A DNA stretch of 64,000 bases from Cyanophora paradoxa CCMP329 (GCA_004431415.1 QPMI01000439.1:434001-498000), one strand, 5' to 3'; positions 28,801 through 39,582 are shown, counted from the stretch's first letter. Program-made: numbers and translations. The notes: generated by a model not told the origin, from the letters alone.

Positions 28801-30865
28801 TCCTCCTCCCCCCCCCTTCTCTCCCCTCACCCCCACCGTCCCGGCGCAGGACGAGACGGAGCGGGCGCTGGGGGCGCTGGAGGCGCACGCCCGCGGCTGC
28901 GACCTCGCCGCCCTCGCCCGCGACTCCGACTCCGCGGTCCGCGCTCTCCGCCCCGCCCCTTCGCGCCCGCGCCCTGTTTATATACGAGCTTGATCCCTTT
29001 CTAATTTCCCGCGCTTGCCCTCTAGATCTAATTTCCGAGAGTATTTTATTATCCGAGAGTATTTTATTCGATCGCCCGAGAGTCGGAGTCGCCCGCGACT
29101 CCGACTCCGCGGTCCGCGCTCTCCGGGCTCTACCCCGGTAGATCTAGCGCTTTAAAATTATCATCCGTCCTAGGCCATTCGAGGTTTCTTCGACGTGGCT
29201 TGAAAGACGCGCGCGCCTGACCCCCGGCCCTCCTCCCCCTCCTCCTCCTTCGTCTTCTGCATCATGGCATTGTTTTATATATAGCGCCTGACCGCCCCCG
29301 CCCCGCCCGGCTCGGCAGGTGTGCGGCTTCTTCTGCGTGTACGCGCAGGCGCTGCTGCGCGGGGCCGGCGCCGACGCGGCGCGGCGGGCCGCCTCGGGGG
29401 TCGCCCACGTTCCCGCCGTAGAGGACGAGTCCGACCTCGACGGCGCGGTGAGTCAGAGCGAGAGCTCGAGCGGGCGAGCGCGTGATAGCTATAGAAGACA
29501 GGGGTACGCCGTAGCGCGCGATAGCATCGGCACGCGATAGCACCGGCGGTGCTAAGATTCACTTACGTATACGAAGCGGTGAGAGGGAGAGTGGGGGGAG
29601 ACATTGATATACAGACGTCGATGTCAAAAAGTCTGGGAAATAATATGCGTGTGCGCCGCCTCCGGATCCGCCGCGCGCCCCGCTGACCCTACCCGCCGCC
29701 CCGCCACAGGTGCTGGCTGGGCGGGCGCCGCGCACGCTGCGGGCCGCCTGCGCCGCCGCCGAGCGCGGCATCTCCCTCCTCCTCGTGCGTCCTCGAAACA
29801 AAACGAAACCCCGCTATAAGCCTTAGGGGCGCTTTATAGCTTTATAGCGTCCGCTAAGATGCTTGGAAGATGCTCACGCTCATATAAGCGCCTGAAGAGC
29901 ACATTGTTTTATAGAGCTCCGAGCACGCCTCTCTGCCCTCTCTCCGTGGCGCGCTAACGGTGCCGCCCCTGCGCAGGCCCCGGAGCACCCGCGCGGCCGC
30001 TTCCTCTCCGCCCGCCACGACGTCGCCATCCAGGTCCGCTAAGATGCTTAGAAGATGTAATAATATGATTCGATAAAGATACAGGCTTGATAGCTTAGCT
30101 TGTAGTCCTGGCTTTACAGCTTAAGAGCGCCTGGGGTCGTCTTGATTCGGCGCTGAGACCTCGGCCCGGCGCCCCGGCCCTCTGCGCGCGCCTAAGATTA
30201 GATTATACTGCTACAAGATGAGTAGATGATTAGGAGATTAGATTAAACTACTACTACAAGTTTGATAGCTTATTTCGAAGCTGAGCCCGGGCGCTAACGG
30301 CGCGCACGCCCCGCCCCCCACCCAGGCGCTCTACGCGTGCCTTGCCCTCTTCGTCGCATGGCTGGCGGCCGACGCGGGATCCCGCCCGCCCTCCGCCGAG
30401 CCGCACCCGGCCCTGGCCCTGGCCGCCCACTACGGCGCCCCGCCGGCCTCGGAGCTCCCGCCGGCGCGCCACGTCGCCGGCCTCGGCGCCGCCGCCTGCG
30501 ACCGCCTCGCCGAGCTGGCCCCGCACGACGCGCTGCGGCCGCTGGCGCTCGCCGCCCGCGGCCTCGCCCGCGCCTTCCGGGGGCGCAACGGCGCCGCCTC
30601 TTCGGACTTTAGGGAGGCAGCGGGCCTGTCGCCCGACTGGCGCGCCCACGGCGAGATCCGCTCGCCCATCCTGGGCCGCAACCGCGCCCTCGCGGTGCTC
30701 CTCAAGGCCCTCCTCTGCTCCCGCGCCGACGGCGGCTCCCGCGCCCGCCTCCTCTCCGCCGCCGAGGCCGCGTTCCGGCGGGCCTCGGACGACCACTTCG
30801 CGGCCACGGCGGCCGCCCTGCTGCAGGCCCCGCCCGCCTCCGCGGCCAACGGCACGCGCATCTAA
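13804..30865 (+). CDS. Soluble adenylyl cyclase (ADCY10)-like protein: two class III cyclase domains, a P-loop NTPase and a helical/TPR-like tail; many small exons
   Basis: Spliced motifs: VLF-DVAGFS..LCER, GDVISFLGDGLLAAW (C1); FDDK-GLVFIGVWG, HEDDPARAV, FSVFGSVVNK-AARLM (C2); QGGAGYG-KTAL (Walker A); LLVIE-DMHQGDSQSW (Walker B); GGVPG; RLDRLS; FRFGHKMMREVTYGLL..RRSLH. Last exon stops at 30863-30865. Start uncertain. Confidence 0.85.
21330..21700. repeat. Intronic ~150-bp tandem duplication plus (GCTAA)n microsatellite
   Basis: ~21359-21493 is repeated at ~21509-21642, and each copy ends in the upstream exon end and donor. (GCTAA)n lies at ~21654-21695. Confidence 0.85.
28526..28622. repeat. 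Intronic fold-back with a perfect 28-bp stem and an inner hairpin
   Basis: AGGCCGAGGAGGACCTAGGCAACCAGAA (28526-28553) and its exact reverse complement (28595-28622); inner AAGTTCCGG-ACG-CCGGAACTT. Confidence 0.9.
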
Positions 30866-31517
30866 ATTTAGACCCGATTCCAGAGCCTGTGATCGTGATC
30901 AGGAGCGTGATAAGATAGGAGCGTGATCTTGTACTTTCAGGTGTATTCGTGCAGTGGATTGCAGTTGTATTTCTAGTTTGATTTCAGTGTGCCGTAGTGG
31001 CTTTCAAGAGCCTGGCGCCGGCCCGGCTGCCAGCCGCCGTCCGGCTCCATTAATATTGCTGCAGTATCCTTCCGATCACGTAGAGATCTAGAGTACATTG
31101 ATTTCGTTCGTATTTGTATATTTATTGCAATAATTGTGGAGGCTGTGTCGATTTCGATTTCAGATTGATCTCGAAGTTGGTTTTTGCTAGGCAGGATGAT
31201 CGAGCAGTTTGAACTAGTGCAGATGTGTTCGAAGTCTGATTAGAAGTGACAGCTGCAGATCTAGATGATAGGGATTTTTGAGCCGAGTACGTGATCATGA
31301 GTAGTAAGAAAAGCGCACTGTAAGAAGAGAGTGCAAGCTTCAGATTAAGAATTTCGTACAATTAAAGCAGACAATTTTCGCAAGCGCAAAAACCGTAGAG
31401 CAGCGAACAGAGAAAGCGACGTCGACAATGTAACAGCTGCACTGCAGCTGGACATGATTTTAGATCTATTCATAATTATTGATTTCCGATCCGCGGCCGG
31501 TCGATCCGTGATCGATA

Positions 31518-32664
31518 TCAGACACACTGCGGCTCCGGGGGGTACGAGAGGAGCCGGACGCTCCAGGAGTCGAAGGGGGCCGAGGCCGGGGGCGCCTCGA
31601 GGGCCGCCAGGGCGCCCAGCATCTCGGCCACGGGGCGGATGAGAAAGACGGCGTTGGCGCGGGCGTCGAAGCCGAAGGAGCGCTGCGTGTGGAGGAGCGC
31701 GCGCAGCGTGCCCCGCGTCGGCGCCGCCAGCCGCAGCGAGCAGCGGCCGGCCTCGATGAGGGGGCTGCCGCCGAGAAAGAAGCCGCCCTCCAGCTTGAGC
31801 GTCGAAATCCGCGCGAGGGTCGAGCGGATCGCCGCGAGCGGGCCCTCGATCGACCAGCCGCGCCCGTCGTTGGAGCCGGAGAGGTAGAATCCGAGGCTGC
31901 TGCCCTTCGCCGGATGCAACGAAACGCCGAATTCGCGGCCAGCAGTGCGCAGAACGTTGCCGCCGAGCTCTCCGGCGAGCATACTGTTGCTCATAACAAC
32001 GCGCACAGAAGAAGACGGCCTCGAGAATCGAGTTTCGCCGCGCTGAAGTTGCGCCGTGCTCGAGAGGAAAACGTCCGCGAAAATTCCTTCGAGAGCCGCA
32101 GCAGCGCAATTCTTCGGCACAAGCAAGTCCACAGGCTTTGTGCCGACAGTTGGAGAGAGGGCGCCAAGCCCAACGGTAATCCACTCGGGCCACACGCTCA
32201 TAAAGTCGTCGCGCTTTGGAGCCTCCGCCTTTTTGACGACGAGTTTCCCGCTGCCAACTGCCAGAGACGTCAACTAGCAGTGATCTTAAACTTCAATATG
32301 TTTTTTAAAATATCAATTCGGAGTTCGAATTCGATATCGGACTTTGTGATCACGAGATCAGAGATTAATCGCGCGAACCCGTACAACCGCGCTCCTCAGC
32401 GGCTGAGACGATAAAGAGGTCCTCCCCGGTTGAGAGCGTGAGCACGCCCCCCTTGGATTTATCTGTTGGCCATTCGCTGAACTTGAAAGCGGCGACGCCC
32501 CCCGAACTCGAGAAGATGCGACGCATTTGCTGAAGGGTCGAGCGATCGGAGACTACGCCGCACTCTTCGGCGAAGCGCTCGTACGCCGCAAGCTCGTCGG
32601 GCGTGCGGATCCGGAGCTGAAAAAGGAGGCCCGGCGAGCGGAGCGCCCCCAGGAGATCGCCCAC
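31518..32664 (-). CDS. Two exons of an unidentified host gene adjacent to the viral insertion
   Basis: Long open frames 32365-32664 and 31518-32273 with host-like GC content. The first follows an acceptor-like CGCGCAG. No known domain. Confidence 0.45.
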
Positions 32665-32936
32665 CTGCGCGACGAATATTAATGTTCATGATTAGAGAAA
32701 GCGAGCGGGTGAGATGTTAATTCAGAAGACAGCGTCGGTGCGCCGGCCGGCGGGTTCCAAAATTCTCTTAAGCCTGATCATGAGCGCTCCCCCCCCCCCG
32801 ATCCGGGCGATGCAGCGGTGTTTGCATAATTCGAAATTCCCCTTTTTCTTCGTAATCATGATCTCTCATTTTCCCTCTAGATCTCATTTCAATTCCCTTC
32901 AAATTTCGCGAAACGAAAAAATTGAGAGAAGAATAG

Positions 32937-33031
32937 ACACATATTGAAAAACGAATTTAAATCCCTCGTTCATCTCGATCGCTTCGCGATCTCGATTCAC
33001 TCTGGATTTAAATTCGTTTTTCAATATGTGT
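32937..33031. repeat. Perfect 28-bp inverted repeat with a 39-nt loop at the host/virus junction
   Basis: ACACATATTGAAAAACGAATTTAAATCC (32937-32964) / GGATTTAAATTCGTTTTTCAATATGTGT (33004-33031). Confidence 0.95.
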
Positions 33032-33351
33032 TAATTTAATACTAAAATACATATTTTTCGATTAATTTCTTAAACTTTTTATGCAAACTTTGTATAAAAT
33101 AATGCAAACTTTGTATTAAAAATGAAAACGCGTTTACCAAAATGCATATTTTCGATTAAACTTCGATAGATTCAATTGATCTTATATCGATTGATTATGT
33201 ACTTTGTTGTTTACATACAAATCTGCGATAGATTAACATTAAACTGCTTAAAGATCGATATAATTGCGATTAAATTGCATAAATTCGCATAAACTCGATA
33301 TATCTCTCATGTATTGAAGTAGACCACCGCCCATTCTGTATCGAAAAACGC

Positions 33352-33610
33352 AAAAAGTGTCACAGAGTTGCATTGTGTCCAATTGAACAATCGATGAGAT
33401 TGCTGATGTACATTTTTGCACCGAAAAAGTGTCACAGAGTTGCATTATCTCCCATTAAACAATCGATTAGATTGCGGGATTTTCTATTGGAATATATCGG
33501 AACTGCATTATGTCCAATTAAACAATCGATGAGATTGCGGATTTATATTTTAGATCGAAAAAGTGTCACAGAGTTGCATGGTCTCCAATTGAACAATCGA
33601 TTAGATTGCA
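33352..33610 (+). repeat. Subterminal array of ~52-bp repeats (3 full, 1 partial) with ~20-nt diverged linkers
   Basis: AAAAAGTGTCACAGAGTTGCAT..TCCAATT(G/A)AACAATCGAT(G/T)AGATTGC at ~33352, 33424, 33500 (partial) and 33558. Confidence 0.9.
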
Positions 33611-33719
33611 TATGTTCTATAAAACAGAATAATTGAATTCAAGTGTGACAGGTAGTATTCAAATGATATTCAGTAATAGATATATTTGTTTTTGAGAAAG
33701 TCAGTAAGAGGGGTAGAAT

Positions 33720-34140
33720 GTCTGTGACAGGTGTGACAGGTGTGACAGGTGTTTTCAGAAGTCTGTCATTTTTGAAAAATTTAGAAAGTTTGAAAATAGG
33801 TGTCACACCTGTCACACCTGTCACACTCAATTAAACTACCTGTCACACCTGGTCTCCTTACCATTTTCAGTAAGACAGAAAGGTATTCATGAAATCGACT
33901 ATTGTTGGGTGGATTTTGAAGGTGTCACACCTGTCACATAGACTGTTTTCAGTAAGACAACAATAAATTCTTGAATATCTCAGTAAGAAATAGAGTCTTT
34001 TGTTAATTGGGTGTGACGGGTGTGACAGGTGTGACAGGTGTTTTCAGAAGTCTGTAATTTGTGAGAATTTTAAAAAGTTTGAAAATAGGTGTCACACCTG
34101 TCACAGGCGTCACAGTCAATTAAATAGGTGTCACACCCGA
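33720..34140. repeat. Two palindromic iteron cassettes: (TGTGACAGG)x3 - AT-rich core - (CCTGTCACA)x3; candidate replication origin
   Basis: Cassettes at ~33723-33850 and ~34003-34138, further TGTCACA copies, and five CAGTAAGA motifs between 33700 and 34165. Confidence 0.85.
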
Positions 34141-34337
34141 TTATCTGACCATTTTCAGTAAGACCATCTGAAATTCTGAATTTCTCAGTGTCAACTAACT
34201 CGGAAATCGCAATACTCTATGTTTCTCCGATTTCTCCAACCCTGAAAACACACCTGTTATTCTCTCATCTATCTCATGAGATACTCTCGTTTCGCCAAAA
34301 ATTGACAAACGATTTCCCATCATGCTGTAAAGGAAAC

Positions 34338-34592
34338 ATGCCGATTAACCAGCAGTATTACAATTACTATGGGCATTACTTCTTGATTGTCAAGAAACTC
34401 CCAGAGCATTATGAGATCTTCCAAGAGATGGGATTGCGAATTACAAGGAGATCAACCCTTTGTAGATTCTTGAAAAAGAATGGTGCTAAATGGGATAAGA
34501 CAATTCGCCAATGGTATACAGAAGATCCCAAGAGTCCCTTACTTGATATTTTCGAAACAGTGAATTTGGATCAGTTTAATCATTTCCGATAG
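34338..34592 (+). CDS. Small DUF5710-like protein
   Basis: KKNGAKWDKTIRQWY matches the GA(R/K)WDxxxKxWY pattern of DUF5710; upstream AAAAATTGAC. Confidence 0.6.
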   Translation: MPINQQYYNYYGHYFLIVKKLPEHYEIFQEMGLRITRRSTLCRFLKKNGAKWDKTIRQWYTEDPKSPLLDIFETVNLDQFNHFR

Positions 34593-35508
34593 CCAGAAAC
34601 TCCAACTGGAATGAGTTGTCAATCCCATTCATATCTACAAGATCACCATAATAATCGCGAAACTCAACTGTTAACTCTCTAATCACCAGGTTTCGATCGG
34701 TTATTTTTATGTATTCACTGTGCTCTCCACTGTGATATACATACTGCCCAATATCTTTACTTAACTGCAATCTGAGAATTGCCCCTTGATTCTGTGGTTG
34801 TGATCTTGGGACAATATTGTGGTTTGTAGCAAATGGGGAGAGTTCTTTAATGTGCATGTATAAATACTGTTCTGCATTCATGTCTGTCATCTTGGCTGCT
34901 TCTAACTTGTAGTTTAAGCGAGATGCCTCGAATTCATATCCTGTAAATGTTATTCCCCATTGGGGATGGTTTGGGGTGATTGGTATTCCTGCAAAATAGA
35001 GGAAATTCTCGGGAGCATATAAAGACCTTGCAGACTCTGGGAAATCGTAGTTCTGCTCTAATGAAGCGACCCAGTCAACAGAACTCACCCCAAGAAGTTT
35101 ACCCAATCTCTGTGTAGATGCTACCATCTCGAATTGAACATTACTGTAAAACTCTAATTTGTAGGAGGTAGGATTGTAGTAGACCTTGAATGCATATGTG
35201 AGATTGTTGCTCCCAGTAAATGTGAAATTCAGACCATAATTATATGGACTGGTGACCCCGAAATGCCCTTGATTAATATAACCACTTGGGAGAAGGAAGA
35301 CCTGCTTGGTTTCAGAGATGCCTTGGTAGTAGAATCTGACAAGAAGGTGATCTGTTCCAATGGAGTTATAGATGCTGTTGGGGATTTCTGCATACAAAAC
35401 TCGACATTCTCTTGGTTTGGTCACTGGGGTTGTGAGTGCAACTTTGTAGGAGTTTTCTATTTGTCCATCTGATCGGTCTCTGCTATCTATATTGACCAGC
35501 CGAATCAT
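34576..35508 (-). CDS. Minor capsid protein (penton) 1
   Basis: N-terminal VNIDSRDR, AEIPNSIYN, YLYMHIKEL and C-terminal LTVEFRDYYGDLVDMNGIDNSFQLEF, typical of PLV/virophage/NCLDV single-jelly-roll pentons; next to the MCP. Confidence 0.85.
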   Translation of the reverse strand: MIRLVNIDSRDRSDGQIENSYKVALTTPVTKPRECRVLYAEIPNSIYNSIGTDHLLVRFYYQGISETKQVFLLPSGYINQGHFGVTSPYNYGLNFTFTGSNNLTYAFKVYYNPTSYKLEFYSNVQFEMVASTQRLGKLLGVSSVDWVASLEQNYDFPESARSLYAPENFLYFAGIPITPNHPQWGITFTGYEFEASRLNYKLEAAKMTDMNAEQYLYMHIKELSPFATNHNIVPRSQPQNQGAILRLQLSKDIGQYVYHSGEHSEYIKITDRNLVIRELTVEFRDYYGDLVDMNGIDNSFQLEFLAIGND

Positions 35509-35536
35509 TTTAATATATGTTTATAGATAAAAGAAG

Positions 35537-36546
35537 ATGCCTGTGGATTACATCGAAGTGAGCTCTTTCAATACAATTTCGGGAGATGGACCAACTTCGA
35601 GTTTTATTGCTCGCCTCCCAAGCACCTATGAATTTGTGAGAGCAGTAAGACTGGTTTCAGCAGAATTCTATAACAGCATTCCCATGGTGAGTGGTGAAAC
35701 CAAAGTAGGAGATGTGACAATAGATAATGCAATCTACCTTTATTGGTCTGAATATTATTCTGGTGCAGGAAGCACTGGTATTCCAACTGATCGACCTGCT
35801 GCCGATTATGAGCAATGGAAGCACATTGTGATAAGTCGCAGCACACCCATTCAAAACCACCAACAACTGGTGAATGTAATTAACTCCAAACTTGCATTGA
35901 GAGAGCCACCAGTAGCAATTCGCTGTAAATGGGATGATACACTGAAACGAGTAATATTCCATTCCACCATACCGTTTTACCTGGCTTTCTCAACTGCAAT
36001 AAACCCAACCCAGGCGCAGATTCAGAGGTTTTTGAGTTCTGCTCGACTGCTTGGTCTTGATCCTGGGAGATATGGTAACACCCCAATCCAATCACAAGTT
36101 TATAATACTCTGACTGATGGTATCTTTACTGGGTCGATGGTGCATGGTATCATATCTTCATTTGAACCTGAAAAGACCAGGGATAGTGTTCTGTTTGTGA
36201 GAGTAAAGGAGTTGGGTGATCTGGTTCAATGTGGTGATGGTCTCCTCACGGATATTTCCACAAAATCGTTGTTCCAGATAAAGATTATGGTGAGCATGTC
36301 GTTTATAATTCGACAGAAGCCCATCCGATTTATAAATACTATAACAAGAATCTGGGACTTTCCACATTTTCGGTTGATATTGTGAATGCAGTTAATGAAC
36401 CAATTGATTTCGAGGGTCAACCTGTCCACCTCACCTTCGAAATTCGATATGGTGATGAACCTGCTGGTGATCCTGTGTACGAATACTTCAAGAGGAGAAT
36501 GGCGGAAACACATCCATCTTATCCGGTTATTGCGAATTTTGCGTAA
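35537..36546 (+). CDS. Minor capsid protein (penton) 2, one frameshift near 36280
   Basis: Paralogous to penton 1 (VRLVSAEFYNS, LFVRVKEL). After the frameshift it reads FSVDIVNAVNEPIDFEGQPVHLTFEI to a stop at 36544-36546. Confidence 0.75.
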
Positions 36547-36600
36547 AATCAAGGATCATTGGTGAATTTTTTATGTTGCAGTATAATAAAAGAGATAATC

Positions 36601-37974
36601 ATGGATATTACTTCGACCCTCCAACGTCTTTCTCTGAAAGAAGCTCTAACAACCCCGGAAGAAGCCAAGGCGTTCTTCTTGGACAACTCTCTCATGCTTG
36701 GTCTTGAATCCAAGTCGAAGCCAGTTCTTGTTGTTGTGAACCCAAGCAACACTTTCGAGAATAATGCTGGAAATCGCATTTCTTTCAAGCTCCCTCGCTA
36801 CAATTTCTGTGGAAAACTCGAACTTGCGTTTGACCTTCCAGCTGTCACTTTTGCTGGTGATACCGACCTTGTTCGCAATGGATACGTTCGCCCAGTTGGT
36901 GCTCTTGTCTCTCGACTTGAAATTACCTATGGATCTTACACCTTCCATGTGCCTTCTGATTTCCTTGCTCATTTCCCTCTTATCTATTACAGTGAGGATC
37001 AACTCGCCAAGAAGAAGCGTTCAATGGGAATGGTTCATGGTATCCCTGCCCATGGAACCAACCGACTTGGTGGGTCATTTTTCACTGAAATCCCAGTCCC
37101 ATGGCTAAACCACTACCTACCTCTTGGTGCTCTCTCAGGAGAAATGGTGGTAACTGTCTGGTTCAAGGATGCTGGAAAGGGTTATGTTGAGACTTCTTAT
37201 GGTGGTCGTGCTCTTCCTGTTGTTGGTGGAACAGCTGCTGATAAGACAGAGGATGATGGACTTGGTGCTACTGCTAATGCTACTCTTGCCCATGTTGGTC
37301 AACAAATCACCACTTTTGGAATTGGTGCAACAACAACCCCCGAAATTAAAGTCACTTCTCCTCGTCTTTACATGCATGCTATTAATGTTTCTGATGAACT
37401 GTTTGCTACTGTCATTGAGAAGGTGAAGACCACTGGTATGGCTATTCCTGCTCTGGATATTGGTTTTGTTGACAGTGTCAATTTTGCTGCAAAAGGCAAT
37501 GCTCAACCAAATCGTATTAACCTGTCACAGATCTCTGGTCTTGTCTATGGTCTTCTTGTTTCAGTTCGTGATGCCGCAGGTATTGATGGTTTCAATGGTT
37601 CCCACAGTGTCCTAAAAACGCATGCTAACTCAAAAGACATTACTTTCACTGTTGAAATTAATGGTCAACGTCTCTATGCTACTGAGCCCATCCCTCTCCT
37701 CAAAGGTGCCGAATTAATTGCGGATGCCTTCAAGTGCTCAAATATGGACAAGGTTGCAGACAAATATGTCCTCAGTGGTCTACCATTCTGTGTTGATGGA
37801 GAGAAAGCGATTCGCAACATTGCCCAGTCTGGCTATGTTGATCTCACGAACTCCTCCTCTTCTTTCCTTACTCTATACATGCCTTCTGACCAGACAATCA
37901 CAGTTAATGTTCGTGCTCTCATGCACAGTTTCATTATTGTTGACAAAGATGGTCTTCGTCGCATTAATCTGTAA
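36601..37974 (+). CDS. Major capsid protein (double jelly-roll, PLV type)
   Basis: ~457 aa and beta-rich, with GNRISFKLPR, VSRLEITYG, IPVPW..YLPLGAL..EMVVTVWF, LPFC and SGYVDL. Lies between the pentons and the ATPase and has strongly biased T-ending codons. Confidence 0.8.
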   Translation: MDITSTLQRLSLKEALTTPEEAKAFFLDNSLMLGLESKSKPVLVVVNPSNTFENNAGNRISFKLPRYNFCGKLELAFDLPAVTFAGDTDLVRNGYVRPVGALVSRLEITYGSYTFHVPSDFLAHFPLIYYSEDQLAKKKRSMGMVHGIPAHGTNRLGGSFFTEIPVPWLNHYLPLGALSGEMVVTVWFKDAGKGYVETSYGGRALPVVGGTAADKTEDDGLGATANATLAHVGQQITTFGIGATTTPEIKVTSPRLYMHAINVSDELFATVIEKVKTTGMAIPALDIGFVDSVNFAAKGNAQPNRINLSQISGLVYGLLVSVRDAAGIDGFNGSHSVLKTHANSKDITFTVEINGQRLYATEPIPLLKGAELIADAFKCSNMDKVADKYVLSGLPFCVDGEKAIRNIAQSGYVDLTNSSSSFLTLYMPSDQTITVNVRALMHSFIIVDKDGLRRINL

Positions 37975-38036
37975 AACCATTATCAGTAACGTTTCGTTAT
38001 TTTTATCTATCTTTAATAAGAAAGATCTACAAAGCC

Positions 38037-38819
38037 ATGTCTGACGTTCCCGAATTTAATGCTGCTGAGATGATTAAACCCCCTTTTCGCGTATTAGCAA
38101 TCGGAAAAAGCGCGACGGGCAAGTCAGAAGCCGTAAAATATTGGCTAAAACAACTTCACGATGCGAAAAAGTTAGATGTTGTTCTTGTTATAAGTGGGAC
38201 ATCATTCAATCATTTTTGGGATGATGTCGCAACATTACAGCTCGGTAAATGGGATGCGCCTTACATCGCTAAACTTCTCGATGAAAGACAAGAGAAAATT
38301 GAGAAAGGAGAACCCGTTAATCAATTATGTGTTGTTCTCGATGATCTTATAGACAATGAGATTGTAGACCTTACCCGTGATAAAATTATTGGATCTCTGT
38401 ATTCGCGCGGCCGCCACTCGGCGATTACAATTTTCTGCATAACTCAGAAACTGCGTAAGGTTTCTTCAACCATTCGCGTCAATTCGGATTATGCAATGTT
38501 CCTCAGTGCCGCCAATCGCAAAGAACTGGAAGCCATTGAAGAAGAATACAATATCATGCGGGATAAAGACGCTTTCTATAAGATGTTTGAGGAATACGTT
38601 CACTCCTATCAGTTTCTCATTTGGAGTTCTGCGAATTATTCGGTGGAATACTACGTTGATAAAGCGGAACTCGTTAAAGACTTTAAGTTTCCTCGGTTCC
38701 ACAGGAAGCCCAAAAAGAAAGAGGACGAATTACCACCTCCACAGAAAGAGGAAGCCCCCAAAGAGGTCAAGAGTGGTGTTCATTCGAATAAACTGATGCG
38801 ATATAAGAGAGGTTTATAA
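38037..38819 (+). CDS. A32/FtsK-HerA family DNA packaging ATPase
   Basis: PFRVLAIGKSATGKS (Walker A), VVLDDL (Walker B), SRGRHS..ITQ..IRVN motifs. Confidence 0.95.
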   Translation: MSDVPEFNAAEMIKPPFRVLAIGKSATGKSEAVKYWLKQLHDAKKLDVVLVISGTSFNHFWDDVATLQLGKWDAPYIAKLLDERQEKIEKGEPVNQLCVVLDDLIDNEIVDLTRDKIIGSLYSRGRHSAITIFCITQKLRKVSSTIRVNSDYAMFLSAANRKELEAIEEEYNIMRDKDAFYKMFEEYVHSYQFLIWSSANYSVEYYVDKAELVKDFKFPRFHRKPKKKEDELPPPQKEEAPKEVKSGVHSNKLMRYKRGL

Positions 38820-38847
38820 AATAATCTCTGCTTCTAATAAATATACA

Positions 38848-39582
38848 ATGCCTTCCAAACGCAAAGTTGGTGTTGCTGCTGGTGCTATGTCATATTCTGC
38901 ATCCTCTGGAACCGGTTCTATTAACACAGAGCCCATGAAATTCAATGGTGTCAATGAAGTTAAAGCATCACAGCAACAAGAAGATCCCCTCAATGCTGCT
39001 TACGAAGAATCACCAGATGATAAAGCTCCCCAAGCTTCCACAAGTGACCAGTTGAATATTTCGCCCGAAACCTCTAAGATGAAGGCAGTTGGTGAAGGTG
39101 CTCGTCGAATTATTGGTGCTGCTGATGACAAAGGACTGGGTCTCCAAGATCTGTCCCTTGCTCGCAAAGGTGAAGGTGTATCCAAAGAATCAGACAAGGT
39201 AATTCAATCCATGGCTGGTGAGGTAACCTACAAGGTCGCACCTACACAGAATATCCATCGAATTCCCAAAGCCCAATGGGACGAAATGACTGCGAAACTT
39301 AAAGATCTGGAAGCGAAATCCAGTGCTCTTGAACAGTATGTCTCTGAGAAGAAAGAGAGAGCGAAATTAAAGGAGATGCTGCGAAAGGAGGTGTATAGAA
39401 TGGGAATCACTGGTCTCCCAGATAAGCAGTTCATTGGTAAGAAAGAGACTCAAATTGATGAGCAGGCAGTTGATGAGATGAAGACCAAAACCCAGAAGGG
39501 CACCATTGAACCTGGTGCTACCAAATCAGAGGTCGATAAAGGTGTTGCCCCAACAGTATATAAACGACGAGTTTGGCTTTAA
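38848..39582 (+). CDS. Hypothetical viral protein, charged with a coiled coil (possible core protein)
   Basis: Intact 244-aa ORF with viral codon usage, basic termini and upstream TCTA. Confidence 0.6.
   Translation: MPSKRKVGVAAGAMSYSASSGTGSINTEPMKFNGVNEVKASQQQEDPLNAAYEESPDDKAPQASTSDQLNISPETSKMKAVGEGARRIIGAADDKGLGLQDLSLARKGEGVSKESDKVIQSMAGEVTYKVAPTQNIHRIPKAQWDEMTAKLKDLEAKSSALEQYVSEKKERAKLKEMLRKEVYRMGITGLPDKQFIGKKETQIDEQAVDEMKTKTQKGTIEPGATKSEVDKGVAPTVYKRRVWL

Noticed and set aside
1-32900. Numerous long Arg/Pro/Gly/Ala-rich ORFs in the track
   Set aside because: They are by-products of very high GC content and read-through of introns. The real genes are spliced.
32900-33100. Canonical Polinton terminus (AGT repeats, TIR, 6-bp TSD)
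   Set aside because: No such end motif was seen, and the opposite end is outside the window, so TIR and TSD cannot be established.
33352-33610. CRISPR array
   Set aside because: The repeats are ~52 bp and degenerate, the linkers are short and similar to each other, there are no cas genes, and the context is a eukaryotic virus.
33639-33830. ORF with VTGVTG/VTPVTP repeats
   Set aside because: It is a translation of the 9-bp iteron repeats; a non-coding explanation is simpler.
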